Part shown: piece by piece, positions 26,081 through 38,635 of the stretch | How positions within the stretch are numbered: the stretch's first letter is position 1 | How the letters are laid out: each line of letters begins with the position of its first letter | Source of the DNA: Rhizophagus irregularis | Lineage: Eukaryota | Length of the DNA stretch: 64,000 nucleotides | Assembly: GCF_026210795.1 (NCBI RefSeq) | Contig: NC_089429.1 | Span: 7,192,001-7,256,000, forward strand | Reading direction: 5' to 3' | Translations under genes and position numbers: made by a program | Notes under the pieces: generated by a model | Told to the model about the DNA's origin: nothing | The model's input: the letters and a program-made list of their open reading frames with translations, nothing else | Database searches by the model: none

Positions 26081-28015
26081 CACGTCAAATAAATAAAAAT
26101 TGGCTGATTTTAGCTATATTTGTCCGATTTGTGACTTTTTACAGCCGTATTACCAATTCTTAACCACATTTTTCAGTTTTTTCACTATACAAAAAAATTG
26201 TATATACATTATGAAATATATATTTTTATAAAAAATTATATTGTAATATTGAATTAAAATTTAAAAAATATTTTATTAAGCAATATTAAATAAAAAACTA
26301 ATCTTAAATAATTAAATTTTAAACAAAATACATTAAGAATATAAATTTACTTGTAATTTAATGTAATACGCACAATTATAAAAAATTAATAACTCCACAA
26401 ATATTAACTGCGCCTTCATTAAAATAAATATTCAAGTAGATTCTAAGCTGCTGAACAATTTTTAATTAATAAAAGAAGTCGATTTACTTTGGCTAAAGTG
26501 CTTAAAATACGCTCTGAAGTAACAAAATGGAAAAAATAAAATTCGTAAATGAGTACCGTTGTGAAAATCGTGAATAACTCATCAAGTATTAACTGTACCT
26601 TCGTAGAAATTAATATCCAAGTAGATTTTGACCTGCTAAACAACTTTCAATTAATAAAAGAAGTCGATTTACTTTGACTAAAGTGCTCAAAATACGCTCT
26701 GAAGTGACAAAACGGAAAAAAATAAAATTCGTAAATGAGTACTGTTGTGAAAATCGTGAATAACTCATCAAGTATTAACTGTACCTTCGTAAAAATTAAT
26801 ATCCAAGTAGATTTTGACATGCTAAACAACTTTCAATTAATAAAAGAAGTCGATTTACTTTGACTAAAGTGCTCAAAATACGCTCTGAAGTGACAAAACG
26901 GAAAAAAATAAAATTCGTAAATGAGTACTGTTGTGAAAATCGTGAATAACTCATCACGTATTAACTGTACCTTCGTGAAAATTAATATTCAAGTAGATTT
27001 TGACATGCTAAACAACTTCAATTAATAAAAGAAGTCGATTTACTTTGACTAAAGTGCTCAAAATACGCTCTGAAGTGACAAAACGGAAAAAAATAAAATT
27101 CGTAAATGAGTACCATTGTGAAAATCGTGAATAACTCATCAAGTATTAACTGTACCTTCTTGAAAATTAATATTCAAGTAGATTTTGACATGCTAAACAA
27201 CTTTCAATTAATATAAGAAGTTGGGTTACTTTGGATAAAGTGCTCAAAATACGCTCTGAAGTGACAAAATAAAAAAAATAAAAGTCATGAATGAGTACTG
27301 TTGTGAAAATTGTAAATAACTCATCAAGTATTAACTGTACCTTCGTGAAAATTAATATCCAAGTAGATTTTAACCTGCCGAACAACTTACAATTAATATA
27401 AGAAGTTGATTTACTTTGGCTAAAGATCTCAAAATACGCTCTGAAGGTAAAAAAATTTGTAACTTAATACTACTGTATAATATTAAAAATGTAAATAATT
27501 CCAAAAATATTAACTGTACTTTTATGATCTTAACAGTTTTAAACTTACTAAACTACTTTTAATTAAAAGAATAAGATTTACTTCAGCCAAAATGCTCAAA
27601 CCATACTTTGAAATATATGTAAAAAAAATATAATATTTGTTTATATTTTAAATTATGAGTTATTTAATTTAAATGTATTTATATTTAAGAAAAAAAATAT
27701 TTTAATTCTATTTTATAAAGTATTTAAAAAGTATTTTAGTAAAGTTTTTAAGGCAAAAAAATAATTATAACTGAAATAAAAAAAAAAATCTAAGTTAATA
27801 AATAAATATTAAACCGTAATACATAATCACATATATTAAAATCGAAAAATCCTATTACAAATAACCAAAAATCGGCAATTTCATGTTAAAAATCAGAAAT
27901 ATTATATTAAAATCAGAAATATTTATTAAAATCGGAAATATTATATTAAAATTGCCAAAAAATCAGACAGCCATATTAAAAAGGGCAAAAATCTGATTTT
28001 TATTTATTTGACCTG
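26081..28015. mobile_element. Nested TIR element (CA...TG ends, possibly hAT-like) carrying the 186-bp satellite
   Basis: Left cacgtcaaataaataaaaat; right atttttatttatttgacctg. TSD not clearly preserved. Confidence 0.6.
26400..27610. repeat. Satellite of ~6.5 copies of a 185-186-bp unit
   Basis: The landmark aagtcgatttacttt (or a variant) recurs at 26476, 26661, 26847, 27032, 27218 and ~27403. Central copies are near-identical; edge copies are degenerate. Confidence 0.95.
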
Positions 28016-29227
28016 TATATATCTGTAGAAAATACGTTATAAACGTATGAATTTTAATATACTGTAGAATAATACGTATACCGTACTATCCTTTATTTAC
28101 AATATTTTTGTGAACCGTATACAAAATACTGATATACAGTAGAAATGATATACGTTATAGACGTATGAATTTAATATACCGTATCACACAGTATGTTTAC
28201 CATATACTTTATTGTATTTTTTACTAAGCACATTTTGCGAACAGTATACATTATACTGATATGCCGTATGTAAAAATGCAAACTGTATCAAAAATACGTA
28301 TATACAGTATAAAAACCGTATACATATTTTTTATAGGGTATATTTATTAAAGAATTTAATTATTTGATCTCCAATTTTGTTAGATATATTACCCTTTACA
28401 ATTAATCTCATGAAATCTCTGTATGCATTATTTGGCCACTTTGCTACGCGTTCTGGTAGATTTTTTCCTTCAATAGCATCTAAAGCATCATCTAACGATG
28501 CTTCTTAAAGATCTTCAGAATCTAGATCAATATTGTCGAGATTTACTGGTATTTCTGTTCCCAACTCTTCAAAATTTTCTTCAAAATTTTCTTCAGCTCT
28601 CTCTTCTATATTTTCTGATTTTAATTTTTTTCGCAGATTATAACGTGGTTCAGATTCTAAATTATCTGCATTTTGAGTTGGAATTTTGTTGATTATTATA
28701 TCCTCCATCTCACTAATATTATCATCTTGGTATGTGGATTTTTTATGCGAAGTAAATGTATCTGGCATTGTAATGGGTGTGTTCCATTATGTTCTGGCAT
28801 AACCGCTATTCTTGATGGTTGTTACGAGAATCTTTGAACATGTTCACTTAGTTCACTTGGTCAAAAAGTTGTTATTCTTCCATAGTGTTTGGTATTAGCG
28901 TGCTGTCTCAAACCGCTGGGAGTTGAAAAATATCTCTTGCAAATTTGACATTTATATCTGACCATTTTTCTTTAGAAATCAATGCGAGTTTAGAAATTAA
29001 CACAGGAAAATTTTTTCGATTAGTTTCACGCGAAAAATATTTATGAAGATTTACTTTTAGTATATTTTTTTTTTACTGATTATCAAGTGAATATAAATTT
29101 TACTGATAATTGATTATTTTTGTTTACTGAAAGATAATTAATTTATTTACTGATTAGTAATTAATTTTTTTCATTTACTGATATTTTTAATTCAGGAGTA
29201 ACTGATTTTTTTACCAATTCATTAACA

Positions 29228-29543
29228 ATTAATTTATTTAATTTACTGATCCTTAAATATATTTTAATTCAGGAGTAACTGATTTTTTAAAAAAATTCTG
29301 GCAAAACTTTTAACTTTACACAATTTTTCAATTATTTATAATATAAGAATTTTTTTATTTTTTTTCGGTTGGCTGAATCGTCACAATAATTAATTTATTT
29401 AATTTACTGATCCTTAAATATATTTTAATTCAGGAGTAACTGATTTTTTTAAAAAATTCTGGTAAAACTTTTAACCTTACCTAATTTTTCAATTATTTAT
29501 AATGTAAGAATTTTTTCATTTTTTTTCGGTTGGCTGAATCGTC
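29228..29543. repeat. Two tandem ~161-bp direct repeats in the region between the divergent Plavaka genes
   Basis: ttactgatccttaaatatattttaattcaggagtaactg...ttcggttggctgaatcgtc occurs twice (ggctgaatcg at 29371 and 29532). Confidence 0.9.
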
Positions 29544-29668
29544 GCATATTTTTACATTTATATGAATCTTAACATTTTTTTTTCAATTTTTCGAATTAAT
29601 TGTTGTTTGAATTTTTCTCCGCAATATTTTTCCTATACAAATTTTACGAATTTAGAATTTAAGTGATT

Positions 29669-31556
29669 ATGGCGTCTAAAAAGTTAAAAAATGCAAAAAA
29701 CTCAAAAAAAAGAAAGCAAGCACTTGACATTCTTGAAGGACAAAGAAGAAAACAAGCACTTGACGTTCCTGAAGGACAGAATGAAAGCCAACAAAATATA
29801 TTTGCACAAATGTTATCAGGTAGTTAGTCGTCAAGATACTGATATTTTGCAATTTAACATTATAATTAACTTTTGCTAAACACCAACAGTAGAATCTTCA
29901 GAAATTCCTAAAGATCCGTGCACAGATCGTGAAAAATCACCTACTAGTCCTTTCATACTTGTTACTCCATTTGATGTAGATCGTGGAAGATCTTTAGTTA
30001 AATCTGTTTCTTTTATTCTAGCAAATTGTGAGAAATCCTCAACAAATCGCGAGAATTCTTTAGTCAGGACTGCACATACTGAAACTTCTATTTTAACTAC
30101 ATTTACGTCATCTGTAACTCCTATAAGTTATGAAAAAACTTTGAGGATGCCAACTCCCATACTTAAATCAATGCAAATTGACCTTGATAAAGAAATTGAT
30201 TATTATAACGATAATGATGACGATGATGACGATGATGATGATAACGAAGAACATAATGATAACCGTGATAAAAGTGATAACCATGATAAAAGTGATAACT
30301 GTGAGCCTTTACCAAAATCACATATTGTAGAGGATGAATGTTACTTAATGGTGAAAGAGTTTAATTACACCATGAATGCATTAGATGGAAAGGTAAACGC
30401 CATCTACAAACTGTGTCGATATATTAGAGATCAGCAACAAAAAAGTATTCAAGATACGCAAAATGTTGCAAAAAGTGATGTATTAAGCGATGATTTCTGG
30501 AATGTAAGTTAATTAAAAATTATCAACTTGATTTTAATCTAAAGATACTTATAATAACCAAATATCTTCACAGCGCGTTTATAAAAATGTAGCTAAAGAA
30601 CTTATTCTAACAACTTTATATCCTTCGGATATAGAGTACTGAAAGGCTTTAGAAACATATTTATCTAAACATGCAGATCATTATATTAAAAATATTGGGC
30701 AAAATGCGTGGATTTCTTTATTTTCAGATAAGTTGTTGGCAGAGGTATGTGAAATATTAATAATCGTTAAAAAAAGGTATTTTTTTATATTTATTTAACT
30801 TTTTTTTAGATAAAAACTAAATGCAGAAGCAGGAGAAATGATTTTGCCACAAGTATCAGGAGTGCCATGTTTTCTGTCTTTGGAGAACAGCGATTGGAAT
30901 GCATAAATAACAATTCTTCTTCTATGAAGATCGCTGAATGGAAACAAAATCAAAAAACGCATAATGCATTTTATGAACTTTTCAAAAATCACAATATTTT
31001 AACGAAAATTGGCCATTCGATTTTCAAACAGTATAGGATAAAGAATTTCCTTTTACGCATTGTGCGTATATTCTATCAATATGTGACATCTTGTTAAATC
31101 CCAATAGCTATAGTATTAAGTGTAATGACAAGTCTGTTACGAAAAGAGTCAAATTTTTTTTAGTAAATAATTTTCACAAATTTTCGCAGTTTTTTTAATC
31201 TTTTAATATTTTACAGATATTAATCTATAATTAATTAACAGCAAGCGTTTAGAAATAAAACGCAAATAACTCCTTGTATAATTAGAGCTCTGAAAATGAT
31301 CCGCATAAACTCGCATTTTTGACTTGCATAATTGTAAAATTTTGTTTAATTATATTCTAACTTAATAAAAAGTACTTTAAAATTAAGGTTTTTGACTTGT
31401 AACTCGACTCAACTCGACTCATTAGGAGCTCTACGTATAATGAAGGAATTGGCTGAACGAGAAGTGAAAGAAGTTAGTCAAAGAACTGATCAATACGAGT
31501 CAGCAGTCGCAGAAGAGAGCAGCGAATCGGTAAAAAATAAAAATTATGATGATTAA
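29669..31556 (+). pseudogene. Divergent accessory gene of the Plavaka element (unknown function)
   Basis: ATG at 29669 (MASKKLK), Ser/Thr-rich and poly-Asp regions, then exons ..SDDFWN|RVYKNVAKELI..DKLLAE|IKTKCRSRRNDFATSIRSAMFSVFG. GT-AG introns at ~30504-30572 and ~30745-30809. Frameshifts and stops are present. Confidence 0.6.
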
Positions 31557-31579
31557 TTGTATTGAATTTTTCTAACTAT

Positions 31580-31693
31580 TACCGGGGTGATGATCACCGG
31601 TGACTGAAATTATTACAATCGACCAGCATTAAAAAAATATAGTGCTGGTAAAAATTGATAATTCTGGCCAACGGTGATGATCACCCCCCGGTG
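31580..31693. repeat. GC-rich inverted repeat / small hairpin element
   Basis: accggggtgatgatcaccggtg ... caacggtgatgatcaccccccggt, with an inner ccagca...tgctgg pair. Confidence 0.65.
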
Positions 31694-32619
31694 ATTTGAA
31701 ATAGTAAAAACCAATTGTATTTCTTTGAAATATAATTTTTTATATAATTTTTTTATATTTTTTAATCGTATTTCTTTGAAATACTAATTTTTTTTTATCA
31801 TTCGTAATTTTATATTTTTTAATTGTATTTCTTTGAAATACTTTAATTTTTATAATTCGTATTTTTGCGTGAAATTTTACGTTGCTTTTTTTGGTAGAAA
31901 TAAAGAATTGATTATGATTAATTAATATAAATGGACTATAAATTATCATATATTAATTGTATTTTATATTTTGATTTATTTCAAAGGTTTTTTATTTAAA
32001 AATCCACGCAGAACTTTGCTATTTATAAAATCTGCGCAGTTTTTTATTAGAATTTTCCTCTAATGTTTTGCACCAGGGTATAAGATCTGTGTAAATATAA
32101 TTTCTAAAAATCTACGCAGATCTGCTTCCCAAAAAATTTCCCGATGAGGTCAATACAAATAGCAATCTAATATTATTTTTTATTAACAATAAGTTTTTTT
32201 ATTATAGCAAATATTTTATTAAAAAGCAAAATATGTAATTATAAAGGATAAAAAGTAAATAATTAAAGGTTATATAGTATACTTAAAACTGAACTAAAGT
32301 GTATATTTAGGAAGAAAATATATTATAAGTAATGCATTTATAGAGAATTAATTGTATAAATTTAACTATCTTTAAAAATAAAAAAAGTATTTTACTTCAG
32401 AAAAAAAAGTTTAAAATTATATACAAGCTTACATTAAATTACCAGATTTTTGAAATTTTATATAAAATTTAAATTTATATATGGTATGAAAAAAAATTTT
32501 TTTGTACTTATTAATTGACAAAAAATTTTTTCTCAAAGAAAATACAATGTATGAAATTTATTATTAGAAAAATTCAACTTGATATAATTAATATTTAGTA
32601 TGTCCTCCTTTAATCTTAC

Positions 32620-32918
32620 CTTACCTGTTTTAACGCGCATTTGAGAAACTTAAAAATCAAGCGACGTACTGCTTTCGAAGTTAATCTTCCTTCATTTCTC
32701 TTGTACTACATTTATTAATTCCTGTTTAGATTTAGGTAGAAGCTTCCTTTTACGTACTTGGTAGTCCAAATGGTTTCACAAATTCTCGATCAGGTTAAGA
32801 TCTGGACTTTGTGTCACCCAATCTAAAACTGGAATGTTATGACTTGACATCCACCAGACGTTGTAAAAAGATGTATGACATGATGTTCCATCTTGCTGAA
32901 AAATAGAACTAGGATAAT
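32620..32918 (-). pseudogene. Tc1-family (DDE_3-like) transposase C-terminal fragment
   Basis: The minus strand reads IFQQDGTSCHTSFYNVWWMSSHNIPVLDWVTQSPDLNLIENL*NHLDYQVRKR. Confidence 0.85.
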
Positions 32919-32920
32919 TA

Positions 32921-33147
32921 AGGATTCCGCTTACTTATAATAAAGGTCACTGTAGAAAATTGGCCTTTTACTAATAGTTTTTATTTTACTTTTTTCTTAA
33001 ATTCTATTGGTTAATTAGCTAAAAGGGAAAAAAAATTATAACAATATAACATAAAATTTCCTTTTATAGTAGGATCTGCAAAGAATTTTATATATGATTT
33101 TTACCTTAGGCTTGAGAGTGACCTATCTTATAAGTAAGCAGGGTCCT
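32921..33147. mobile_element. 227-bp MITE of the same agga...aggtca TIR family as 3797-4236 and 6932-12489
   Basis: Left aggattccgcttacttataataaaggtcact; right agtgacctatcttataagtaagcagggtcct. TSD not preserved. Confidence 0.75.
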
Positions 33148-33159
33148 GCATAAGGTTGC

Positions 33160-33390
33160 TTGCCGAAACCCAAGGGTTTAGACAAGATGGCGTTTTGCCA
33201 AAAAGCGAAATTCTGCCGAAACTATATTAAAGTTATATTAAAAAACTGGCGAAACTTTGAAGAAAGGCGAAACTGCCGAAACTTATTATAAATGCCGAAA
33301 CTGCCGAAACTCTGCCGAAACTATAATAAATCTATAGTAAAATTTTGACGAAACTAATCGTAGGATTTTGAAGAGGTTTAGACAAGCAAC
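33160..33390. repeat. Cluster of gccgaaact motifs bracketed by ggtttagacaag; probable transposon subterminal relic
   Basis: About 8 (g)ccgaaac/gcgaaac motifs in one orientation; ggtttagacaag at ~33175 and ~33375. Confidence 0.55.
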
Positions 33391-33856
33391 GCTAGTCTGC
33401 GATGTGCGTTGTGGGTATCGTTTTACATTTTATAGTGACTATCATTTTATATGCCATTTTACTATGGGTAAAACATAACTAATCATAAATGAACATGTAA
33501 ACAAAAAATAATCAGTATATATATATATATTTACTGTGTAATCAGGTAAAATTATTTGCCAAATAGATGTATATTGCAGGAATTATTAAAGATTTTTAAC
33601 ATATAATTTTTATTATAATTATTTTTTTTATGCACTATATATTAAAATCTATATTAAAAAATCTATGTTAATCTAATTATCCAAAAAATATCAAATAAAA
33701 AAAACATTAGATGCTCATTACAGTTGAACCTAAAGTCCAAAAACTACAAGAAAAAAAGAAGAGAAATGTTAGAAAACATTTCAAATTTAAAAAAATTTTG
33801 TAATTATGGAATATATATACCATATCCAATATTCTAGACCAAAATTCTGAAGCCTA

Positions 33857-34406
33857 TGGTATCAAAAGTCTATACTCAACAATAAAAATGTAACATTTAA
33901 AAAACTTCCAACTCCTTAAAAAAAATACAATTTAGAAAAAATAAACTGGTAACTTTATTTTTTGAGGTAAGCTTTATCAAATTACCAGTCAGATTTTTAA
34001 AAAAATTAAAAGAAGAAAAGTTATAAGCATTTGAAATTGCATGATTTTCATATAATTGGCCCAAATTTGAAACAAAATATGTTAGCCAGATAAGCCAGAA
34101 CTTATGATAAATTGGGCCGACTCCATGCATTGTGATAATGCCAGCCTGAATTATTATAATATGAATCAAATGTAATTTTTTTTAAAAAAAAATTTTTATC
34201 AATTTATGATGTTTATGAAATGGTAATCTACTTTTTCTTATGTTTTATCTTGTTTGTAACATCATAATAAATTTTCAAAGACCGCATTTTATTAGTACAA
34301 GAAATTCCGGTTTTTTATTGGCTGAATTTCGGATCACATGATATAGAATCAGCCCAGAAAATTGAAACAAAATCACGTGATTGTCGAGTATAGACTTCCG
34401 GCACCA
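33857..34406. mobile_element. ~550-bp TA-flanked MITE (Tc1/mariner-type), copy 1
   Basis: TIR consensus tggtgccggaagtctatactcgacaat; TA on both sides; a full-length inverted copy lies at 56163-56714. Confidence 0.9.
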
Positions 34407-34689
34407 TACAAAAAAAAATGAAAGAAAGCGTTAGAAACCACTTCTTTGAAACATCCATTGCAAAACTTACCATTCTGATGTTTCCAGTGTCCAAATACAA
34501 AACCTACAAAAAAAAAAATTATATAAAAATGTCAGTTATAAATAAGATCACAAAAAAATAAGTTTTGTAACGAACACAAAACTAACCCTTTCACTTTCCC
34601 TAATCAACTAAAAGACGAAACCCTACAAAAATAATATATAGTAATTTGAGGTTTCAAACCATCTGTTGCGAAACTTACCATTTCAGCGT

Positions 34690-34820
34690 ACAGTATACAG
34701 CATTTAATTAGTAAAATTCGGTATAGTAAGATTTTTTTTGTCAAAAATCCGTACCACAGTGAAAATCCGTTGTACTAAACAATTCGTTATATCGAAATTC
34801 GTTATAACGCGAGCCGACTG
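34690..34820. mobile_element. pogo/Tigger-like terminal fragment
   Basis: Ends ttcgttatatcgaaattcgttataacgcgagccgactg followed by TA, resembling the 56833-57004 MITE end. Confidence 0.5.
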
Positions 34821-36174
34821 TATATCATGTTAATAATTATTCTTTTTTTTTATGAAATACTTCTAACAACATAATAAGGAGGGGTTAATAAAAAGAAACC
34901 CTGTTGAAAAAAGTATTAACATGTAGGTTATTAGAAGCAGACGAACTACCTAATTCAATGTACAATAGATGCATTGATCAACGCGCGACTACACTATCTC
35001 TGACGACGCCTTTGATGATATCTTTGATCAATAAATAAGGGGGAATATCTAATAATATTATTAAATAGCTGTTGTATAATTATTTTAAATAAATTATTAA
35101 AAATCAAGTTTATAGTACTGCCCAATATTACCAAATTGACGTAGCAAAATTTTTATGTAAAAACTTTATTCTGCATTAGAAAAGTTCGGGGTCTGCACCA
35201 CAAATTTTTAGCCTATACTACATTTTTAGCAGTAACCCAGATTCACTGACGGATTTCATCCGAGTGGGGCGTAAAACACTAATCAAAGTTACATTTAAAA
35301 GAAATACCTTGTTTTAATATTATATAAAATATCTCTGAGTCACACGAACGATTTGGTAATTCATAATATAATAAATATGAGTGGTCCTTATTATTAATTA
35401 AGTAACTTATACGAATAGAGAATGATATATACCGATAACTGAAATTTATTTATTGATTTTTTATACAATATCTATTTGATATGCACAATAAATGGTTGGG
35501 GAGTTTATTTAGCAATAAAGAAAATTCTCACGATATTGTTTTCTTTTACATGAACTACACGTATCCAAACAAGTATATTGGTTGTTTTTATTTTTCAATC
35601 GTATGATAATTGCTTAGAAGAATGATTCTAAGGAGATAAGGAATATTTTCCCTTTATGGGGAAGTTATTATAACTACACATCTTAATTGTATCACAAGTT
35701 TTTTTTTATAATTCATAAATTCATACACGTCCTAATCGATCATAATCAGTGTCACGACAACTAAGTTTCTGTAATTAGTAGAATAATTAGAACGAATCAT
35801 TTTTTTTGTTTTATTCAACAAACTTTATTCACAGAAAAAAAAAAATGTTTGTGCTATTTTAGATTTGTACCCAAATAATCAATACTATTTTGAAATTCAT
35901 TCACTTGTTTCAAAAAGATGCATTCATAAAAAAATAATAAAAATTTTTTTTCTAGAATATTTTTATTTAATAAAGTATGTAAAAAAAAATTATGAAAGTA
36001 GTAAGATCTCTATATGTGTGACAAAATACTGTAGGCGGATAATAATTTTTATTTGACGATCGTAACGAATACTTCAATATATCGAGAAGAAAATTTGAAT
36101 TTCACAATACAGCTTCTAAAATTCTTTTTTTTTATAACAAACTCGTTTTTTTTGGGGGAAATAAAAATAAAAGT

Positions 36175-36855
36175 TTAATAATTTACCTAAATTCGGTTGT
36201 TTGTCATTCATTTCATTCATTTACTATGATAAGAGACTTTCTTTTATTGAGATAATAAAATTTTGTATTTTTTAAAAAAAATAAAAAATTCATTTAAACA
36301 ACAAAGGATGGCAGATAAATAAACGCCAATATGCATTCATTGGAATTTTCTAATGTAATATATTTTTAGAATCATTAGTAATAAATTATCATTAGGAATT
36401 AGCTATAATTAATATAATTAATAATAATAATAAAAAAATAAAATTAAAGTTCTCAAGGGTTCTCATGATAATTTTCTTTTATCCATGTGAAAAATAATTT
36501 GTAATATTATGCAATATATTTTTTTATAATGTTTCACATATGTTTGCACCATTGAAATTAATTTAATTCTGTGTTTGATTTAAAAAATTAAGAATACATC
36601 ATAAACTTTTATAATAACGAACACAAAAATAGTCTTTTGATCCATGTTCTTTGTTCTTTTTGCGAAACTTTAATTATATAATTAATTGCATATAATATCA
36701 TTTCGTTCGATAGTATTGTTCTCCTTTGCATAATTGCGTAACTGTTTATATACGCCAAGAACAAACTAAACGAAAGTCTTTACTTTAACCTCGTTTTAAA
36801 CCGAATAGGACATCAGAAATTATGATTTTTGGCCTGCATTATGATGATCTTTGGC
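36175..36855 (-). pseudogene. Candidate small secreted-protein gene relic (MDQK family, copy 1); segment duplicated at 50532-51125
   Basis: Minus-strand TATA-like gtatataaacag (~36750), ATG at 36645 giving MDQKTIFVFVII, and downstream blocks GANICET and NSNECILA. Blocks shared with copy 2 include aacgccaatatgcattcatt (36322/50666) and tattgttctcctttgcata (36714/50970). Confidence 0.4.
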
Positions 36856-38504
36856 GATCTTGGGCGGAATTATAATGCTTGTCGGTGGTACAAGATGGTA
36901 CAAAAAATTTTTTACTTTTCTCCGAATTTCCTGAATTTACAGCATGAAATAAGGTTTTATTGTAATCATAATAATCATAATATATATAATTTAGAATATC
37001 AGATATCTTTATTATTGAAATCACATGTTTATATAAGGAAATTCTATCCCGCCCTTTGAAATTTGAAATTTCAACTTCTTAAACGAGAAAAAAAAAAAAT
37101 TAAGAAAATTACTGTGCCGCAACTCTAAATGATGATATTCAAAAATTACAATATATTTATTTATTTTACAAATTTATCTACAACTTAATAAACTTTTAAT
37201 TTAGCAGGTAAATCAACATCTATTGCATATATGGCATTTATAGAACAAAATAAAATAACGAAACTATAATTTTATATTATGAACCTTAAATTTTAATGTA
37301 ATCCGAATTTAAATAATTTAAATAATTTAATTTTTTTTTAATTTAAAATTTAGTTGAAAATTAAGTTAATCAATGAAATCAATTTTATCGAAATATAAAT
37401 GAAATGAAATGCATTTCGTAACAAAGTATTAAGAAAAAAATTTCAACAATCAAATAAAAAAAAATCAATTTGACACGAAATTAATATAGAAAGATTTATA
37501 AATAGTGCAGCGATAATTACATAATAATCAATACTCTGCTGGCGTCAAAAATGACAATACATTGACTTTTTTGTCAAGGTCATTAAAGTTTATTTTTTGA
37601 ATTTTATCATATGTTTAAAACTTTCAACATATGCATATGGTTCATGACCTTTGTTCAATTCGTTAATTCAAGGGATCGCTGATCGACATGTTATACATCA
37701 ATAAAATAATTAGCCACTTTAATTTTTTTGTTTTTTAAATAAAGTTGTATGTATATATTACATACTGTATATGTATATATATATTATACATATATATTAT
37801 TTATTTATTTTTATAATTAATTTAATTAATGACTATTATTACTTTAAATTATGCCCCTTGAATAATTTATTCTATTTGCGATAAAATTCAATATATCTAA
37901 ATATGACTTATTTATGTTAACTGAATCTTTAAACTTTGACTTCCGTCTCTACTCTGTATCTTATAATCTTGAAAACACATGCATTATCTTTCTTTGAAGG
38001 GTAACATAAAGGCATTATTATTTAGATCACAAGCTAAATGATTCATATTTGTTATTCTTGTTGTTTTATCCCATGATTTACACAAAAATGTTGAAATGAT
38101 GCGATATTTCCGCGATTTGAAATCATTTAATCATTTTCATGCATGTTATTACGCCAATATATTGAAATGAACGCGTTGTTCTTCGTTTGTATGATGCTGC
38201 GCAAGGTTTAAAAATTAAATATAAAAGCAACCATAATATAGTCTCGGTCAAAATAGGCCTCATAATAAGGAATTATAAATAAGCATGTATTATAATATAA
38301 ATAAGCAATAAACAAAATAATAATAAGGTAAAGGAAAAAAAAAGTATGACTATTTAAAATGAATTAATCAAATCACAATCATGATGAAAATAATCTTTTT
38401 TTTACAATCTTTAGGATTTTTACCAATTTTTACCTCCTCTTTTTCTCGAAAAAAAAAGCGAATAAAAAAACCGGAATTACAAAAAATCGTCGTCTTTTTG
38501 TATT

Positions 38505-38635
38505 TATATAATAGGCATGATGTCATATTTTTCGATGGTATAGGCAGTGATATATTTTTCGATGTATTTATATAGTAGGCAGTGATATATTTTTCGTATT
38601 TATATAATAGGTAGTGATGTCATATTTTTCGATGT
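38505..38635. repeat. 3-4 copies of a ~30-bp repeat
   Basis: ataggcagtgat(gtc)atatttttcgatg recurs. Confidence 0.7.

Larger units (their letters stand above)
22641..28338. mobile_element. 5.7-kb non-autonomous CCC...GGG TIR element (CMC/EnSpm-like) with 3-bp TAT TSD
   Basis: Left ccctataaaaaatatatatacgg; right ccgtatacatattttttataggg; tat on both flanks. Removal restores the Plavaka frame FFNKYNNLKESPLPKSTK. Dense subterminal acagtat/accgtat repeats at 22650-23040 and 28016-28330. Confidence 0.9.
20113..28965 (-). pseudogene. Plavaka-family transposase with N-terminal C2H2 zinc finger, split by a 5.7-kb insertion
   Basis: ATG at 28965: MVRYKCQICKRYFSTPSGLRQHANTKH. Then GDWWLKTE, LFIILYSDGTTFDGLGKTSGHPVFLTLENVP, LLGFLPK, PCHTCMV, VPNRMHHINLGLFKYQL, KVMTASDYCHIMKIAIFAL, KFHSWRYR and C-terminal IIPVESINQEVHII.RFNKENCFLLNKY. 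Several introns and stops. Confidence 0.85.

Noticed and set aside
26443..27385. Repeated minus-strand ORFs (MFSRSKSTWIL...)
   Set aside because: They are by-products of the 186-bp satellite; indels between units break the frame.
33897..34500. Two short minus-strand ORFs
   Set aside because: They lie within or across a non-coding MITE, and the second copy has indels that break the frame.
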